Assembly (NCBI GenBank): GCA_963776345.1
Contig: CAVZMH010000016.1
Location: 1-64,000 of the forward strand
Source: an uncultured delta proteobacterium
GTDB taxonomy: Bacteria; Myxococcota; Myxococcia; Myxococcales; Myxococcaceae
Direction of reading: 5' to 3'
Length of the DNA stretch: 64,000 nt
Below the pieces are notes generated by a model, which did no database searches, was not told the origin of the DNA, and was given only the letters and a program-made list of their open reading frames with translations. The translations under genes were made by a program, and so were the position numbers. Every line of letters begins with the position of its first letter. The first letter of the stretch is position 1. Below are positions 63,131 through 64,000 of this stretch, piece after piece.

Positions 63131-64000
63131 CTACTGAGACGGCGCCGAGCGCCGGCGCGCCTGGGCCCGGTCCCGCTCACCCAGCGCCGCCTGCAGAAAC
63201 TTGCCGGACAGCTTGCGCCCGATGAGCTCCTGGGCCACCTCCCCCGCCTCCACCAGCTTCGGCAGGTCGATGCCGGTCTCCACACCCATCCGGTGGAGCA
63301 TGTTCACCACGTCCTCGGTGGCGAGGTTCCCGGCCGCGCCCGGCGCGTACGGGCAGCCGCCGAGCCCCCCGATGCTGGCGTCGAAGGTGGTGACTCCGGC
63401 GATGAGCCCGACCAGCGCGTTGGCCAGCGCGAGGCCACGCGTGTCGTGGAGGTGCAGCGCGAGCTTCTCCACCGGGACGTGCGCGGCGAGGGCCCCGAGG
63501 ATCTCCTCGGTCTGGTTCGGCACGCCGACGCCGACCGTGTCCCCGAGGCTCAGCTGGTAGATGCCCAGGTCCACGAGCCGCCGGCAGAGATCCACCACCC
63601 GGTCCAGCGGCACCGCGCCCTCGTACGGACAGCCCCACACCACGCTCAGGTAGGCCCGGACCCGCATGCCGGCGGCGAGCGCCCCGCGGGTGACGTCGCC
63701 CGCGACCGAGAGCGCCTCGGCGATGCTCTTGTTGATGTTCTTCCGGCTGTGGGTCTCGCTGGCGGAGATGAACACCGCCGCCTCGGTCAGCCCCGCGGCG
63801 CGCGCGCGCTCGAGGCCCTTGAGGTTGGGCACCAGCGCCGAGTAGGTCACCCCCGGGACGCGGGGGAGCTTCCGGAGCACCTCCTCGGCGTCCGAGAGCT
63901 GGGGGATCCAGCGGGGGCTGACGAACGAGGTGGCCTCGATGCGCCGCTCGCCCGCCGCGACCAGCGCGGCGATGAGCCGGAGCTTCCCCTCCAGGGGGAC
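63131..64000 (-). CDS. Hydroxymethylglutaryl-CoA lyase (5' end outside the window)
   Basis: SFVSPRWIPQL, LGDTVG, LHLHDTRG, GLGGCPYAPGAAGN.ATED. Confidence 0.93.
   Translation of the reverse strand, partial: VPLEGKLRLIAALVAAGERRIEATSFVSPRWIPQLSDAEEVLRKLPRVPGVTYSALVPNLKGLERARAAGLTEAAVFISASETHSRKNINKSIAEALSVAGDVTRGALAAGMRVRAYLSVVWGCPYEGAVPLDRVVDLCRRLVDLGIYQLSLGDTVGVGVPNQTEEILGALAAHVPVEKLALHLHDTRGLALANALVGLIAGVTTFDASIGGLGGCPYAPGAAGNLATEDVVNMLHRMGVETGIDLPKLVEAGEVAQELIGRKLSGKFLQAALGERDRAQARRRSAPSQ

Overview
Very GC-rich (visually >70%) bacterial chromosomal DNA, most consistent with a myxobacterium (TIGR02266-type PilZ protein, ECF-sigma/caspase module, Myxococcales-like RpsA N-terminus); the taxonomy is an inference. 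About 65 protein-coding genes are recognisable. Housekeeping genes include guaB-guaA, miaB, rpsA, an RlmD-like methyltransferase, thiolase-scoA-scoB and HMG-CoA lyase, interspersed with many accessory genes. No tRNA, rRNA, CRISPR array, transposase or integrase was recognised. Highlights: (1) a 28-bp XerC/XerD dif site at 14795-14822, with KOPS-like octamers mostly pointing towards it, so the window probably spans the replication terminus; (2) a tightly coupled operon of ECF sigma, membrane anti-sigma, exported caspase with beta-barrel-like tail and RCC1 lipoprotein, followed by a DUF5666 lipoprotein and an HExxH membrane protease, a candidate caspase-triggered trans-envelope proteolytic signalling system; (3) a circularly permuted ATP-grasp ligase coupled to a Tat-exported M20 peptidase; (4) candidate operator sites for LytTR, Rrf2 and membrane LuxR regulators; (5) an unexplained ~128-nt long inverted-repeat element downstream of rpsA. 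Several single-base frameshifts in otherwise intact genes look like sequencing or assembly errors. All product calls come from motif recognition by eye; no database searches were run.
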